NCBI GenBank assembly: GCA_043771335.1
Contig: JAYVHM010000007.1
Span: forward strand, 3,625 to 67,624
DNA length: 64,000 nt
Origin: a bacterium
Lineage (GTDB): Bacteria; Patescibacteriota; Minisyncoccia; Phycocordibacterales; UBA5272
Direction: 5' to 3'
A model generated the notes under the pieces. That model saw nothing but the letters and a program-made list of their open reading frames with translations. It was not told the DNA's origin and ran no database searches. The position numbers and the translations under genes were made by a program. Numbering within the stretch: the stretch's first letter is position 1; each line of letters begins with the position of its first letter. Positions 47,229 to 57,109 of this stretch are shown here, piece after piece.

Positions 47229-47564
47229 TTACTGACCTATTGTTTTAATTCTACTCATGTTCGAAGGTGTTACATCACGAGCATGATACTTTGTGTTAGA
47301 GAGGTGTCCAGTGCCATCACTGTAAGCTTGGGGATTTTTCGAGGCTTCTACCTCTAAATCCTTTTTATTCTTTTGTTTTTCTGAGACAGCATTTGCTGTC
47401 GCGTGACCCTTTTTTGTGTCAGTTGCTCCTGAGTGGGTAGAGCAGCAGACGTGTGTCTTACCAGAAGATACAGGACAGCCACCACAACCAGTTGTTATAA
47501 CTCCTTTTTTCATTTGAGCTAGGCAGGTTTCTGAATTTGGTTTTAATGAACATGTATGAGTCAT
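47229..47564 (-). CDS. Hypothetical Cys-rich small protein
   Basis: 111 aa, six Cys (C5, C14, C27, C30, C40, C41), elevated GC, no signal peptide. Confidence 0.4.
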   Translation of the reverse strand: MTHTCSLKPNSETCLAQMKKGVITTGCGGCPVSSGKTHVCCSTHSGATDTKKGHATANAVSEKQKNKKDLEVEASKNPQAYSDGTGHLSNTKYHARDVTPSNMSRIKTIGQ

Positions 47565-47669
47565 CTTTGTCTCTCTTTCGTTGGTTTCTTATGTATTCAC
47601 CGCGAATATACAAGAGATTAATTATATCAGAAATTCTATAACTAATCAATTTGAAATAAGCCAAAAATG

Positions 47670-47678
47670 TGTTATAAT
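47670..47678 (+). promoter_or_regulatory. TGTTATAAT extended -10 element upstream of tRNA-Ile(TAT)
   Basis: tgttataat; second tataat at 47705-47710. Confidence 0.45.
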
Positions 47679-47726
47679 GTTTTTACTAAATGTAAGATTT
47701 TATTTATAATATTTTGCATTTAGTAT

Positions 47727-47800
47727 CCTTCCATAGCTCAGTTGGTTAGAGCACTCGGCTTATATCCGAGTGGTCCCTGGTTCGAGTCCAGGTGGAAGGA
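47727..47800 (+). tRNA. tRNA-Ile (TAT anticodon as read), C1-G72
   Basis: Acceptor ccttcca/tggaagg, D-arm gctcagttggttagagc, anticodon stem ctcgg/ccgag with loop ctTATat, T-loop ttcgagt. Confidence 0.7.
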
Positions 47801-47819
47801 CTAGTTATTCCATATATTA

Positions 47820-50060
47820 CTATTCCATGTGCAAGCCATCTAGACTAGTGATTTTGTTTATTATATTTGGATATTTTTGTAGACCGTCCTCAGCTACCTT
47901 CTTCGCATATTTTTTAGATATTTCTACTAATTTTATATTTTTTAACGCCTCCATGCCTAGGTCACTAACTCCTGATTGATTTTTAGAAATGAGTGACCCT
48001 ATACCACGTGTTTCCATGTCTAACTCTGCTAATTTAAAACCGTCTATAGTCTTTTCAAAATTCTTTAACCTTTGCATGCTAGTATCGCTCTCGCTCTCTG
48101 AAAATATATAACAAGTCGAAGCATGCGCTCCGCGACCGATACGACCACGTAGTTGATGTAATTGTGATAGTCCGAACCTGTCTGCGTTTTCAATTATCAT
48201 TATACTGGCATTTGGTATATTTACTCCCACTTCTACTAGTGATGTGGCAACAAGAATATGTATTTTATTGTCTGCAAAGTTTTGCATTATATTTTCTTTC
48301 TCTTCGCCAGTCATCTTGCTGTGTATACCACTCACATTATATTTTGGGAATATTTTTTGTAATCTTAATAATTCACCTTCTACATTTTTTCTAACCCCAT
48401 CATCATCTTCACTCTCTTTTATTTTTGTACAAATTACAAAAACTTGTTGATTTTGTTTTAACTTTTCTTCTATGTCTTTGTATATCTTATCTCTGTCAGT
48501 TTTATGCACTATTTTTGTGCTTATGGGTTGTCTACCTTTTGGTAATTCATCTATTATAGATAGGTCTAAATCACCAAAAATAGAGAGTGCTAGCGTGCGA
48601 GGTATCGGCGTCGCTGTCATAGATAACAGGTGGGGTATCTCTGGCCTAGAATCTCCTTTCTTGTGAGCTAAGTCAGCACGCGTAGCTACTCCAAATCTGT
48701 GTTGCTCATCTATTATTATTAAGGCCAAGTCTCTGAACTCTACTTTCTTTTTTGTTACGGCATGTGTGCCCACTAATAATGATATTTTACCTTCTTCTAC
48801 CCATTTTATTAGTTGAGGTCTCGAGACTTTTGTATAACTTTCAGGGTCTAATTTTGAAGGGAATTTGTAAGCTGTTTTTCCAGATAGATAACCTATTTCG
48901 ATATTGGTGTGAGCTAACATTTTTATTAATGTTTCGAATTGTTGCAAGGCAAGTATCTCAGTAGGCGCTAAGTATACGGCCTGTAATGGGGTACCTGATC
49001 TTTTTTGTAATCCATTAACATCTACTCGTCTATTTTTGATAGTAGAGTATATGGCACAAGCTGCAACCATTGTTTTCCCTGAGCCCACATCACCCTCAAC
49101 TAATCTTTGCATCGGATTATTTTTATTCATATCAGAGTGTATATCTGCCACTACTTTTTTTTGAGCATTAGTTAATTCTATGTTGTGAGTATTTAAGAAA
49201 TCTTGTACCAGATTTTTCTCATCATTTATATTGTAAGCTGGAGATTTGGCAGATTTTATTTTCTCATCGGCAATTTTTGCTTGTATCAAAAACATCTCTT
49301 CGAACATGAATCTCTTTCTGGCCGTCATAGCCATATTATTATTCTTTGGCATATGCAAATATATAATAGATTCTTTGTAACTCGGTAAGTTGATTTCTTC
49401 TCTTATGTCTTTTGGTAATATATCAAAACTGTTTATATCTTTTTTATTCTCAGCATCTAATGTGTTAAAGTCAGCACTCATTATTATTTTTTTTATTAAT
49501 TCATGAATAAAATTACTGCTCACACCTTTACTCTCAGAATACACAGGTAACATAGGACTATTCTCATTTGATGTATTCCCCCCCTCTGTATTATTTGAAG
49601 AGAAAATAGAGTCTATAGGATTTTTAATGCTTTCATCATTTTTATTTATTTTACTTATGCTTGGATTTGAAAAGTAGAGCTTACCATTTTTTTCTTCTGC
49701 TTTTCCATGCACACTCACCACTGAACCTACTGGATACATTTTCCCTATATATGCCTGATTGAACCAAAATATTTTTATATCATTCACCCCATCTGAAAAA
49801 ACTGCTTCAGTCATTGGTATTTTACTGGTCCAAGCTTTGCGTATTTCTATCTTTTTGATATGTCCATATAGAGTAGCCATGGATCCAGCTTCTATATTCT
49901 GTATGCTAATATTGTCCCCATAAGTTACATAGCGGAGCGGAGCATAGCGAAGTAAATCTTCACAAGTAAAAATGCCAAGTTTATCAAAAGCTGCAGCTTG
50001 AGCTGGAGTTAATCTCTTTATCTCAGTAATTTTTTTGTGTAAAATAGAAAGAGAATTCAT
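47820..50060 (-). CDS. recG: ATP-dependent DNA helicase RecG
   Basis: Wedge domain N-terminus, Walker A GDVGSGKT, DEQH box IIDEQHRFGV, MTATPIPRTL. Confidence 0.9.
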   Translation of the reverse strand: MNSLSILHKKITEIKRLTPAQAAAFDKLGIFTCEDLLRYAPLRYVTYGDNISIQNIEAGSMATLYGHIKKIEIRKAWTSKIPMTEAVFSDGVNDIKIFWFNQAYIGKMYPVGSVVSVHGKAEEKNGKLYFSNPSISKINKNDESIKNPIDSIFSSNNTEGGNTSNENSPMLPVYSESKGVSSNFIHELIKKIIMSADFNTLDAENKKDINSFDILPKDIREEINLPSYKESIIYLHMPKNNNMAMTARKRFMFEEMFLIQAKIADEKIKSAKSPAYNINDEKNLVQDFLNTHNIELTNAQKKVVADIHSDMNKNNPMQRLVEGDVGSGKTMVAACAIYSTIKNRRVDVNGLQKRSGTPLQAVYLAPTEILALQQFETLIKMLAHTNIEIGYLSGKTAYKFPSKLDPESYTKVSRPQLIKWVEEGKISLLVGTHAVTKKKVEFRDLALIIIDEQHRFGVATRADLAHKKGDSRPEIPHLLSMTATPIPRTLALSIFGDLDLSIIDELPKGRQPISTKIVHKTDRDKIYKDIEEKLKQNQQVFVICTKIKESEDDDGVRKNVEGELLRLQKIFPKYNVSGIHSKMTGEEKENIMQNFADNKIHILVATSLVEVGVNIPNASIMIIENADRFGLSQLHQLRGRIGRGAHASTCYIFSESESDTSMQRLKNFEKTIDGFKLAELDMETRGIGSLISKNQSGVSDLGMEALKNIKLVEISKKYAKKVAEDGLQKYPNIINKITSLDGLHME

Positions 50061-50076
50061 TTTTATATTATAACAT

Positions 50077-50111
50077 AAAAATAGCGCGACCGAAGGTCGC
50101 GCTATTTTTAT
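50077..50111 (-). terminator. Rho-independent terminator (GC-rich stem, gaag tetraloop)
   Basis: atagcgcgacc-gaag-ggtcgcgctat flanked by A and T tracts. Confidence 0.8.
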
Positions 50112-50129
50112 AGAAAATTTCTTCTCTGT

Positions 50130-50528
50130 TTAGTATCTATTCTTAGCGTATATAATTATAAGAGCAATATTTACTAATATACATATGAGAGAAAGTAAGT
50201 TAGTAGTGCTGGCAATATTCTTTATATCACTAAAGTTAATATAAGTAGTAGCTATTAGAATAAAGAGAGAGATAGAGAGTGGAGCAACTGGTCTCGGCCA
50301 TAGTATTATTAGTCCAGCTAATAGCACAAAGCCACCATGCCAAATAGTAAAAGCAGCTACAGGAGGAATGTATCCAGTGATACACTCAAACATACTATTG
50401 CCATTTGCAATACTTTTGTATCCTTTTAACAATACAGGAAGATGATCAGAGATGAAGTAAATACCAAGAGCGAGACGAAGTATATAGGGCCAAATATTTG
50501 CTATCATAGATTTAATTTTGTCCCACAC
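50130..50528 (-). CDS. DoxX-family membrane protein
   Basis: 4 TM helices, RLALGIYF.. motif. Confidence 0.55.
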   Translation of the reverse strand: MWDKIKSMIANIWPYILRLALGIYFISDHLPVLLKGYKSIANGNSMFECITGYIPPVAAFTIWHGGFVLLAGLIILWPRPVAPLSISLFILIATTYINFSDIKNIASTTNLLSLICILVNIALIIIYAKNRY

Positions 50529-53127
50529 AAGTAGAGACAGTATTTACTGATTTTGTAGAGTATGTGCTGGCTGTAGGGTTAGAGTAAGATCCTCCTACTG
50601 CATTAGCGTTATCACACTCCATTTTAAAGCGAGTAGAGTAGTTAAAAAGCCTCTTACCATTTGGAAACCTATTTACTTTTTCTAAGATTATTTGCCCAGA
50701 ACTGATTCCATATTGATTAACAGTTGACATTACAGAAGAAAAAGATTGATTTCTATTAGCGCCATATTTTGAAGAAGCTAGTTGTGAATTGAGCTCGGTA
50801 ATTTGTGTTGCTTTGTCAGCTAGGTCCACGGTGACAGAATTTATAGCTGAAGCATTTATCCTACAGACTTTACCAACAGTATTAGACATTACCCACTTTA
50901 AAGTAGCAGCACTGTCACCACCAGGGCAAGTTATCTGATCTGGTGATATTAAGAAGGCTGAGATTATTACAGGGGTTTTTGACACTATGTCATATGCTTT
51001 AGTCGCAGTGTCTGAACCACTAATGCCATTACAGGTTAATTTAAAGGTTGTACTTTTACCTGTAGAGCTAGCTTTTACAGTGACTATTGGTGTGTAATAC
51101 GGGTCAGCATTTGTAGACCCAGAGTCTAAAACTCTATCTATCATGCCATCATTCATAACAAGAGAATAACTAATCGAGTTATCACATCTACCACTAACTG
51201 TAACATTATCAGGATTAGCCACAGTAGAAGCTGAGACTACATTTATTATTGCTTTTGCTGTCGAGACTCTGTTAAGTATTAGCCACATTACTTTTGTAAC
51301 TCCACTTTTAGTAGCTGTCACTCTTACAGATAGGTTAGAAGCATAAACATTTGTATTTTGATTACTGGTTATACTGTTAGATCCAAAAGAGTCTATGGCA
51401 TAGATGCCAAGATTTCCGGCATTTGCAGATGTTCCAGACCTAGTCGGTGCACCAGAAGTAGGTGTATCAGCCCATACATCAACAGTCCAGCTGTCAAAAG
51501 ATGTTACATTATAAGACATGCCACCAAGTCTTCCGTTAGAAGTATCGACTTGTAAAGTAAGAGGTAAAGATAATACTGTTCCATACTGACTGGTGCCATT
51601 ACTAGAAGATATACTTCCACTAAGACTAAGAGTATTTGCTGGGTAAGTGGCAATAGATTTGTAGTTTTTATAAGCACATATTAGCATGTATACAGATCCT
51701 GCATTTGGTTTTATTTTTGTAGAAAAATTACTGCTAGGTGGGTTAGTATATGTTTTCGGATAATTAGGTAATGAGACATTATTTTCTTTTAAGTCTACGC
51801 TGGTATAATCAGGAGTACAGCTAAGGGTTATGTCATTACTCGCATCTGGTCCAGTTATGGTTGCTATCGGTTTTTTATAAACTTCTGCCTTGAACATATC
51901 AGAACCTACACCACGTATCGGCTCTGCAGTGTCAGTACAGTTTATGTTGTAACCAAGAATATTATTACCTGTATGTGAAGCATTTAATTCTGTTCTCCAT
52001 TGTGGTGATCCAGGTAAAAGAGTAAATGAATAATTATAATTAGGTGATGACCCACTACGAGTAGCAGTACCAATCAAAGCATTGCCAACATCATAAACCT
52101 TGCATTCATTACCTGTGCTATTCCAAGTAGCAATAGCAGAAGACCCTATCTCCGAGATACTGTCACTTATATTGTCTATTTTTACTTTTGCTGGAACTGT
52201 AATGTCCGCACTAGCATTCCTAGTTATAGAAGAGTTAACTCCTGAACCGGCACAAGTCACAGCATAGGTGTATGTCTGACTGTTAACAGTAGAGACAACA
52301 GCAGTATCATATCCTCCAGCATTAAGAGTGACCGACACTCCATTACGAGTGAGTGAGGTCTGGGTCAATGGTGTAGGGCAGGTTGTAGTTACTCTCGGAT
52401 TAGCGAGACCACTCCAAACAACATTAATAGTTGCAGGACCAACGACTATACAAGATGTTCCAGTATAAGCGAGTCCTGGAGGACAAGAACAAGTAAAAGT
52501 TTTTGGAGATCCAGAGAGTAATGGATTATTACCGGGCGCACTATTGATAGCAAAAGCTCTTATCGAATGTAAGTTACTATCACAATAAGTAGAATCAGGA
52601 AAAGTGTAAGAAAAAGCATGATTGCCAATACCGGCAGCTGTTAAGTCTGCTCTGTAGAGACCAGCTGAAATGGGTCCTATAGGATTTGGGTTGCTGTCTA
52701 TATAAAGATGTATATCTAGGGCAGTGCTCGGCGTATCGTTATCCTTAGCCCATCCCCATGTGCTAGGTATACCATTTGTGGCACCAGCACCATCATGCGA
52801 TCCCACAGGGTCAGCATTACAAGATGCATCATTAATATTCGTAACGCTGTCAGAGTCTGACACATAAGGCCAGTTAGGACCAACACCCCAACATTCTAGA
52901 AAAGCGTAACATGGCCCTGCTGGCATAGTCACACTAACATCTTCATCCCAGTTATTTGGGTAAAAATAACAAGGAGATTGTAATACGTTGGTGCGACAAA
53001 GCTGTACATTTCTAGTGGACCAGTTCAGAGTGGAAGTTTTTCCAGGGCATACATTTATAGCAGAAGAATAATTTAAAAAAGTTAATAAAAAAGAAAAAGA
53101 GATTAGTAATGCTTTAAAGGTTTTCAT
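50512..53127 (-). CDS. Large secreted Ser/Thr/Asn/Gly-rich, Cys-containing surface protein (putative adhesin)
   Basis: Signal peptide MKTFKALLISFSFLLTFLNYSSA, 871 aa, low-complexity S/T/N-rich with many Cys; GC about 40%. Confidence 0.6.
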   Translation of the reverse strand: MKTFKALLISFSFLLTFLNYSSAINVCPGKTSTLNWSTRNVQLCRTNVLQSPCYFYPNNWDEDVSVTMPAGPCYAFLECWGVGPNWPYVSDSDSVTNINDASCNADPVGSHDGAGATNGIPSTWGWAKDNDTPSTALDIHLYIDSNPNPIGPISAGLYRADLTAAGIGNHAFSYTFPDSTYCDSNLHSIRAFAINSAPGNNPLLSGSPKTFTCSCPPGLAYTGTSCIVVGPATINVVWSGLANPRVTTTCPTPLTQTSLTRNGVSVTLNAGGYDTAVVSTVNSQTYTYAVTCAGSGVNSSITRNASADITVPAKVKIDNISDSISEIGSSAIATWNSTGNECKVYDVGNALIGTATRSGSSPNYNYSFTLLPGSPQWRTELNASHTGNNILGYNINCTDTAEPIRGVGSDMFKAEVYKKPIATITGPDASNDITLSCTPDYTSVDLKENNVSLPNYPKTYTNPPSSNFSTKIKPNAGSVYMLICAYKNYKSIATYPANTLSLSGSISSSNGTSQYGTVLSLPLTLQVDTSNGRLGGMSYNVTSFDSWTVDVWADTPTSGAPTRSGTSANAGNLGIYAIDSFGSNSITSNQNTNVYASNLSVRVTATKSGVTKVMWLILNRVSTAKAIINVVSASTVANPDNVTVSGRCDNSISYSLVMNDGMIDRVLDSGSTNADPYYTPIVTVKASSTGKSTTFKLTCNGISGSDTATKAYDIVSKTPVIISAFLISPDQITCPGGDSAATLKWVMSNTVGKVCRINASAINSVTVDLADKATQITELNSQLASSKYGANRNQSFSSVMSTVNQYGISSGQIILEKVNRFPNGKRLFNYSTRFKMECDNANAVGGSYSNPTASTYSTKSVNTVSTCVGQN

Positions 53128-53207
53128 ATAAATATATTATAACAGTATATCTGTATATATTTACGAAAAGTATTTTTATGTTGTGTATAATTATAAATAA
53201 GATAACA

Positions 53208-53798
53208 TTAGTAATCATTAGGGCAAGGTATGAATACAGAAGATATTAATTTTGCTCCATAGTGCATAAAAAAGTTAATACATCTACTGTCTTCCATTTT
53301 AAAAACGAGACCACCTGTTTTCATTTCATTTAAAGAAGTATAACTTTTTGCACTTACGTAATCTATATAGTCACATGAGTGTGATTCTAAGGTGTTTTTG
53401 CTTGTTAAAAAGACAGCTTCACCAGTATCTTTGTATAATATTTGTATACATTTTGAACTTTCTGATTTTGCTGTCTTGTAATTATACAAAGCCACAACAA
53501 CATCTCTGTTGTTTGCTTTATACACAAAGTCCACAAGCAGAAAATCTTTACCAATAAGAGAGTATATATCTTCTATATTTTTAAAATTTTCTGATATTGT
53601 ATTTTTTGATGGAGTGATTAAAGCGTTGAATCCTTTCGTAGATTCTGCGTTCCATACTTTATTTCCATTTTGTCTTGATATTGCATTTAAAATTATTATT
53701 AATATAAAAATAAAACAAGTTAGAATTATTAAGAGGTTCTTTTTATTTATTTTACTAATTTTATGTGTTATGTGTTTTATTTTAGTTAAGATTTTCAT
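53208..53798 (-). CDS. Hypothetical membrane-anchored protein
   Basis: N-terminal TM helix; no motif. Confidence 0.45.
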   Translation of the reverse strand: MKILTKIKHITHKISKINKKNLLIILTCFIFILIIILNAISRQNGNKVWNAESTKGFNALITPSKNTISENFKNIEDIYSLIGKDFLLVDFVYKANNRDVVVALYNYKTAKSESSKCIQILYKDTGEAVFLTSKNTLESHSCDYIDYVSAKSYTSLNEMKTGGLVFKMEDSRCINFFMHYGAKLISSVFIPCPNDY

Positions 53799-54645
53799 AT
53801 TTTTTATTCCAAGTTATTTGTCTCTTTGCATATTGTATGCTTTTTTGTATTATGTATTCTTTGCACTGCTTTTCTGTTTTTATATCTTCATCTATATACT
53901 TTAGGATAGCTGAGTATTCTAATCCTGATTTTTCTAGCCACTTTTTATCTACTCCTTCTTCTATTAATTTTTTAGTTTCTAGTAACATATTTACCCACCT
54001 CTTTTCACATCTAATTTTTATATTTTCTTTCAAGGTTTCTAGAATTGGTGAAAGTTTTATTAATTTTATGTTGTATTTTAATTTTCTGTCGTGTTTTGTA
54101 TTTATCTCTCCTGTATTCTGTATTAATATTTCTAATTTTCTTATTAACCTTTCTTTATTATTCTTTTCACTATTATTTAGGGCTTCAAAAAACTCTTTAT
54201 TTATTTTTATCACTAAGTTTTGTACTTCTATTAAATCTTTTTCTTTTAATTCCATCTTTATTTTATTATTAGGAGCAGGGTTATCGGTGATACCATAAAG
54301 CAATGCCTCTATATACAGTCCGGTACCACCACAGATTATTATATTTTTATCTTTATTTTCTGAGATTATTTTTTCTGTGTATTTCAACCAGTCATTGACT
54401 GTGAATTTTTCTCCTGGATTTACGATGTCTAATCCAAAATGAGGGACACCTCGCATCTCCTCTTTGTTTATCTTGCCTGATCCGATGTCCAGACCCCTAT
54501 ATACTTGTCTACTGTCAGCGCTAATTATTATGCTTTCTATATTTTCTTCTACTTTCTTTTTTAAGGCTAGAGATACAGCATAGTCTGATTTTCCACTCGC
54601 TGTCGGGCCTACTATTACAGTTATTTTTTGTAACTCATTTTGCAT
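53782..54645 (-). CDS. miaA: tRNA dimethylallyltransferase MiaA
   Basis: P-loop VIVGPTASGKS, ISADSRQVYRGLDIGSGK; start set at internal Met (MQNELQK) rather than the 5'-extended ORF. Confidence 0.85.
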   Translation of the reverse strand: MQNELQKITVIVGPTASGKSDYAVSLALKKKVEENIESIIISADSRQVYRGLDIGSGKINKEEMRGVPHFGLDIVNPGEKFTVNDWLKYTEKIISENKDKNIIICGGTGLYIEALLYGITDNPAPNNKIKMELKEKDLIEVQNLVIKINKEFFEALNNSEKNNKERLIRKLEILIQNTGEINTKHDRKLKYNIKLIKLSPILETLKENIKIRCEKRWVNMLLETKKLIEEGVDKKWLEKSGLEYSAILKYIDEDIKTEKQCKEYIIQKSIQYAKRQITWNKKYENLN

Positions 54646-54696
54646 TTTTTTATTATAGCATGTATAATAAGTATATAATAATAAATTATTATTTCT

Positions 54697-55083
54697 ATGC
54701 ATAATTTTATAAATGCCAGCCCAGCTTCTAACGCACCAGAAGACGGAAAGAAAATAAGAGCAGCACTTAAAAGTGCTGAGAGTTGGGTTCATAAAGAGGA
54801 GATGGACAATCTGGATAAGAAAGAAAAGCTAATAAAAGATATAGAGACAGAACATCAGAGGGTTATAGCTTTTTTTAAGAGAATAAAAGAAGTGAAAGAA
54901 GAGATTGTTAAACTAACAGACAAAGGAGAAATATCAATCAGAGAAAAGCTATTAAATGTCTTAGATTATCAAAAGTTTGTTGCTGTAAAAAAGAGAAATG
55001 AATTAGCAAAAGATTTAAATCCAGAAGAGAGATTAGAATTAGAAAATAAGCTAGTTACTGATTTGTCTAATGAGGCTCACTAA
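54697..55083 (+). CDS. Hypothetical protein
   Basis: ORF only. Confidence 0.4.
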   Translation: MHNFINASPASNAPEDGKKIRAALKSAESWVHKEEMDNLDKKEKLIKDIETEHQRVIAFFKRIKEVKEEIVKLTDKGEISIREKLLNVLDYQKFVAVKKRNELAKDLNPEERLELENKLVTDLSNEAH

Positions 55084-55145
55084 TATACTTATATACTTAA
55101 AATAAAAAAACGCCAAGAAATTATCTTTGCGTCTTTGGGTTTTTA

Positions 55146-55430
55146 TTAGTTCAAACGACGAATGGTCATTGAGTCCAAGTTCACAGTCTCAACACAGCAG
55201 GTTTTATTTACATTAGAACGTATTGCGTTCCATGTAACTTCAATCTTTTGCAGAGTGCTATTTTGCATAGACAGTAGCATTCTTTTTAAATCAACCACTA
55301 ACTTTTCTGCACTGATTTTTGTTTTCTTCACCAAAGCTCTTAGTAACTCATTAAAGGTTGTGTCCTTTTTTAATTCTAGACAGTCAATAATTTGTTCTTC
55401 TTTTATTAAGCTTTTTTTGAATCTTCCCAT
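55146..55430 (-). CDS. Hypothetical protein
   Basis: ORF only. Confidence 0.4.
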   Translation of the reverse strand: MGRFKKSLIKEEQIIDCLELKKDTTFNELLRALVKKTKISAEKLVVDLKRMLLSMQNSTLQKIEVTWNAIRSNVNKTCCVETVNLDSMTIRRLN

Positions 55431-55622
55431 TCTTATCTCCTTAGATTTAGGTTATTTTTCTGCATAAAAACTTATTTACACAGATAAGTATAATACTACA
55501 TTGCTAATAATATAGCAAATGAAGCCTGTGAATAAGAGTTAGCTTTTTAATAACATAAGGAGTATAATTATATTAAGGATATAGTTTAAAAATTATATAA
55601 AATAATTATATCCAAAAAAAAT

Positions 55623-55814
55623 ATGAATTTAAATCACATTGCAAAATGGCTAGTAACAGTCGGTGCTCTTAACTGGGGACTTGTAGGTATTGGTTCTCTT
55701 GCGGGTACTAATCTTAATATTGTCAACCTTATATTAGGTAGCATGCCAATGCTCGAGACTCTTGTGTACATACTAATAGGTGCATCAGCAGTATACTGTC
55801 TATTAAAGAAATAA
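55623..55814 (+). CDS. DUF378-family small membrane protein
   Basis: VGALNWGLVGI motif, two TM helices, 63 aa. Confidence 0.6.
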   Translation: MNLNHIAKWLVTVGALNWGLVGIGSLAGTNLNIVNLILGSMPMLETLVYILIGASAVYCLLKK

Positions 55815-55905
55815 TAAGATAGTTTTAAGGTACAGGATTTTTAATTAGAAAGTTTTTGGTGGATTAATAGTTTTATAAAACGATTAAAAAGTCAGGTAAA
55901 ATAAT

Positions 55906-55938
55906 CAAAAAGCAAGTATAAGAAATACTTGCTTTTTG
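55906..55938 (-). terminator. Bidirectional rho-independent terminator
   Basis: aaaaagcaagta-taagaaa-tacttgcttttt. Confidence 0.75.
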
Positions 55939-55956
55939 ATTGGTTTAGGAGTAGTG

Positions 55957-57105
55957 TTAAACATTGTTAACCTCTTCAAAACTCTCGTAGGATCCTATCT
56001 GTGCAAAGTCTATCTCATACTCTGTATCACTTATTTTATATATAATAACACTGTCTAAGCCAATATCTTCTAATTTTTTATAAGTTAAAAGCTCCCCTTC
56101 TTTCAAATTTAAAACATCTCTTAATATCCATTCTCCTAAAGCTTTGTTAGGATTACTCATCAAAGCTTTGCTCCCTTCTTGGCAGACTTTAACTTCTATA
56201 ATTTTTTTATTTGGTAGTTTTAGACTAAAAGGAGTATCTCTTTTTGGAAAAAAACCTTCATTTATTCTGTGTATCCAAGCTGGAATAGGGATATAAACTT
56301 CATCATAATTTCTTTCTCTTCCTGCAGCGTTCCACTGATTCAGTCCACTTTTTTCAGGAACTTCTTTTTGATCTTGTCCTGATCTTGTGGAATACAATGG
56401 TAAAAATATATGTTCATGAACTTTAATAGGTGAAAATAATAAAGTCTTTATCTCTGTTGGAGTGTCTTCAAATAATTTTTCTAAGACAGTGAATGGATCT
56501 TCTACAATCTCAACAGGTATTCTCATTAAAACATTTTCTGATTTAAAACGTTTTGACAAAGTACTCTTTGAAATATTAAAAGAATACTCTTCCTTATCAT
56601 CAGTAAAAGATATAGACTTATCTGAAAATGTTTTTATCTTTAAATTCGCCTTATCGATAGTATTCATTGGTGATTCAAAAACTTCCATAACGCCAGAGGA
56701 TCTTGTGACACAATGATAAATTATTTCTTCTAGACCATAGATTCTTTTTGTGGTTTCAATCCTTTCATTTCTTAGGCGAGAGATTTCTTGTACTTGCTCA
56801 TCTATAGGTAGGTTTCTAAACTTCGAGCTACTGGTGTTAAATTCAGCGACTTTCTCCATACCTCTTCCATTTCTTTTCAGAAAAGTTTTTAGACCAAATC
56901 CGACATTTCCGATAGAAGCATCAGCAGACGTATCTGACCGCGAAAGGTTTTCAGCATTAAAACTCTTACAAAATAAGTTTTCGGCAACTCTGTAATAAAG
57001 AAAAGGTTCCTGACTGTCAGAAGATAATTTTGAAAGACTGCCTATTATTTTAAGCATTTTTTCATAGTACTGAACCTGTATTTTGTTTTGTTGATTTATA
57101 AACAT
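55957..57105 (-). CDS. Putative Type II restriction endonuclease (cognate of adjacent C5-MTase)
   Basis: 382-aa ORF 4 nt downstream of and co-directional with a C5-cytosine methyltransferase; no general housekeeping motif; assignment by synteny. Confidence 0.5.
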   Translation of the reverse strand: MFINQQNKIQVQYYEKMLKIIGSLSKLSSDSQEPFLYYRVAENLFCKSFNAENLSRSDTSADASIGNVGFGLKTFLKRNGRGMEKVAEFNTSSSKFRNLPIDEQVQEISRLRNERIETTKRIYGLEEIIYHCVTRSSGVMEVFESPMNTIDKANLKIKTFSDKSISFTDDKEEYSFNISKSTLSKRFKSENVLMRIPVEIVEDPFTVLEKLFEDTPTEIKTLLFSPIKVHEHIFLPLYSTRSGQDQKEVPEKSGLNQWNAAGRERNYDEVYIPIPAWIHRINEGFFPKRDTPFSLKLPNKKIIEVKVCQEGSKALMSNPNKALGEWILRDVLNLKEGELLTYKKLEDIGLDSVIIYKISDTEYEIDFAQIGSYESFEEVNNV

Positions 57106-57109
57106 ATAT

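Noticed and set aside
55108-55150. Hairpin acgccaaga..tctttgcgt followed by gggttttt after ORF 54697-55083
   Set aside because: One mismatch in a short stem; plausible bidirectional terminator but low confidence, and the flanking ORFs are themselves uncertain.
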